NCBI RefSeq assembly: GCF_018350175.1
Contig: NC_058383.1
Span: 28,646,001 to 28,710,000, forward strand
DNA from: Felis catus
Lineage: Eukaryota
Reading direction: 5' to 3'
DNA length: 64,000 nt
The notes beneath the pieces were generated by a model. The model was not told the DNA's origin. It saw nothing but the letters and a program-made list of their open reading frames with translations, and ran no database searches. This document shows, piece after piece, positions 62,964 through 64,000 of this stretch. Numbering within the stretch: position 1 is the stretch's first letter; each line of letters starts with the position of its first letter. Made by a program: the position numbers and the translations under genes.

Positions 62964-63563
62964 TGTGTTAGAAACTAGACGGCAGCCCCGACACGGAATC
63001 ACTCATGCCAAGCCCCACATCGCCAAACGAAGACTTAATTACAGTTCTGGCTCTCCCAGAAATGGAACCTTAAACCAGTCAGTCAGGAATTGCCTGGTCA
63101 GATGACTTACCTCATCTGCCTGATAAACCCGTGCCGTCCCCTGAAAGACAGTAAGCAGCTGGCCGTAACCAACCCGCTTTTTTGCCTAGTACAGCTTCCC
63201 TCTTCCTGCTCCCTCTGGCTACAAAGTCTCTTGCCCTGTACCGCTGTTCAGAGCTCCCCTCTACCTACTAGGTTGGTTGTTGCCCAATTCATGAACCGTT
63301 GACGAAAGCCAGTAAGATCTTTAAAATTTATTCAGTTGAGGGGCACCTGGGTGGCTCAGTGGCTTAAGCGTCCAACTGTTGGTTTCGGCTCAGGTCATGA
63401 TCTCAAGGTTCGTGAGTTCAGGCCCTGTACCAGGCTCCCTGCTGGTGGTGCAGAGCCTGCTTGGGATTCTCTCTCTCCCTCTCTCTCTCTCCCTCTCAAA
63501 ATAAATAAACTTTGAAAAAAAACAATGTTTAAAACTTATTCAGTTGAATTTTGTTTTTCAACA
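62964..63563 (+). mobile_element. ERV1-type solo LTR (MER57-like) with a nested SINE
   Basis: TG...CA ends with 4-bp agag duplication; ttgcccaattcatga and agatctttaaa motifs. Confidence 0.7.
63340..63522 (+). mobile_element. Can-SINE
   Basis: TSD aaaa(t/c)ttattcagttga. Confidence 0.93.
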
Positions 63564-63622
63564 AGAGTCTTCTCACATTGGACACATTCATTTATTTTTT
63601 TATTCATTCAGCAGATATATAT

Positions 63623-63832
63623 ATTTTTTAATGTTTATTTACTTTTGAGAGAGAGACACAGAGCATGAGCAGAGGAGGGGCAGAGAGAGAGGGAGACACA
63701 GAATCCGAAGCAGGCTCCAGGATCCAAGCTGTCAGCACAGAGCCTGATGTGGGGCTCGAACTCACGAGAACCGTGAGATCATGACCTAGGCCAAAGTCGG
63801 ATGCTTAACCAACTGAGCCACCCAGGTGCCCC
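63623..63832 (-). mobile_element. Can-SINE inserted in an L2 3' end
   Basis: TSD agcagatat. Confidence 0.95.
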
Positions 63833-64000
63833 TCATATAGCAGATATTAATTGAGCACTTGCTGAGTGCAGGGCAAATAAAACAGGTGTGATCCCTTCTG
63901 TAACAGAATTAAGGGGAAACAGTAACCACGTGATAGGAAGAAAACTGTGGCAAGATGGAAGGGCTCCGAGCCTGCAGGAGGAGACCGAGGAAGGCCTTTT

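Noticed and set aside
63100..63115. Minus-strand GAG|GTAAGT donor inside the LTR
   Set aside because: The adjacent ATG-AG is phase 2, so out of frame with exon 2, and no supporting promoter arrangement was seen on that strand

Overview
Mammalian (feliform carnivore, most likely cat-family) genomic DNA, not microbial. About 48 tRNA-derived Can-SINEs of feline type are interspersed with L1, L2 and MIR fragments, MaLR/ERV solo LTRs and old DNA transposons. The window appears to lie inside the BMERB1 (C16orf45/MINP) gene on the minus strand. One real coding exon is present at 23338-23461 (124 nt, [44 protein letters not shown] boundaries); it is too short to appear in the ORF track. The canonical first exon and exon 3 were not found, so 23462-64000 is read as intron 1 and 1-23337 as intron 2. 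The listed ORFs are repeat-derived or chance ORFs. The most interesting observation is a candidate alternative first exon at about 44149-44310 (minus strand): CCAAT, TATAAA and paired ETS motifs, a strong-Kozak ATG and a perfect AAG|GTAAGT donor, in frame with exon 2, giving a possible lipidated N-terminus MGQGICFLLRKRE. Repeat family names were recognised by eye from remembered consensus sequences, repeat boundaries are approximate, and no search was run. I see no evidence for a wholly new biological system.
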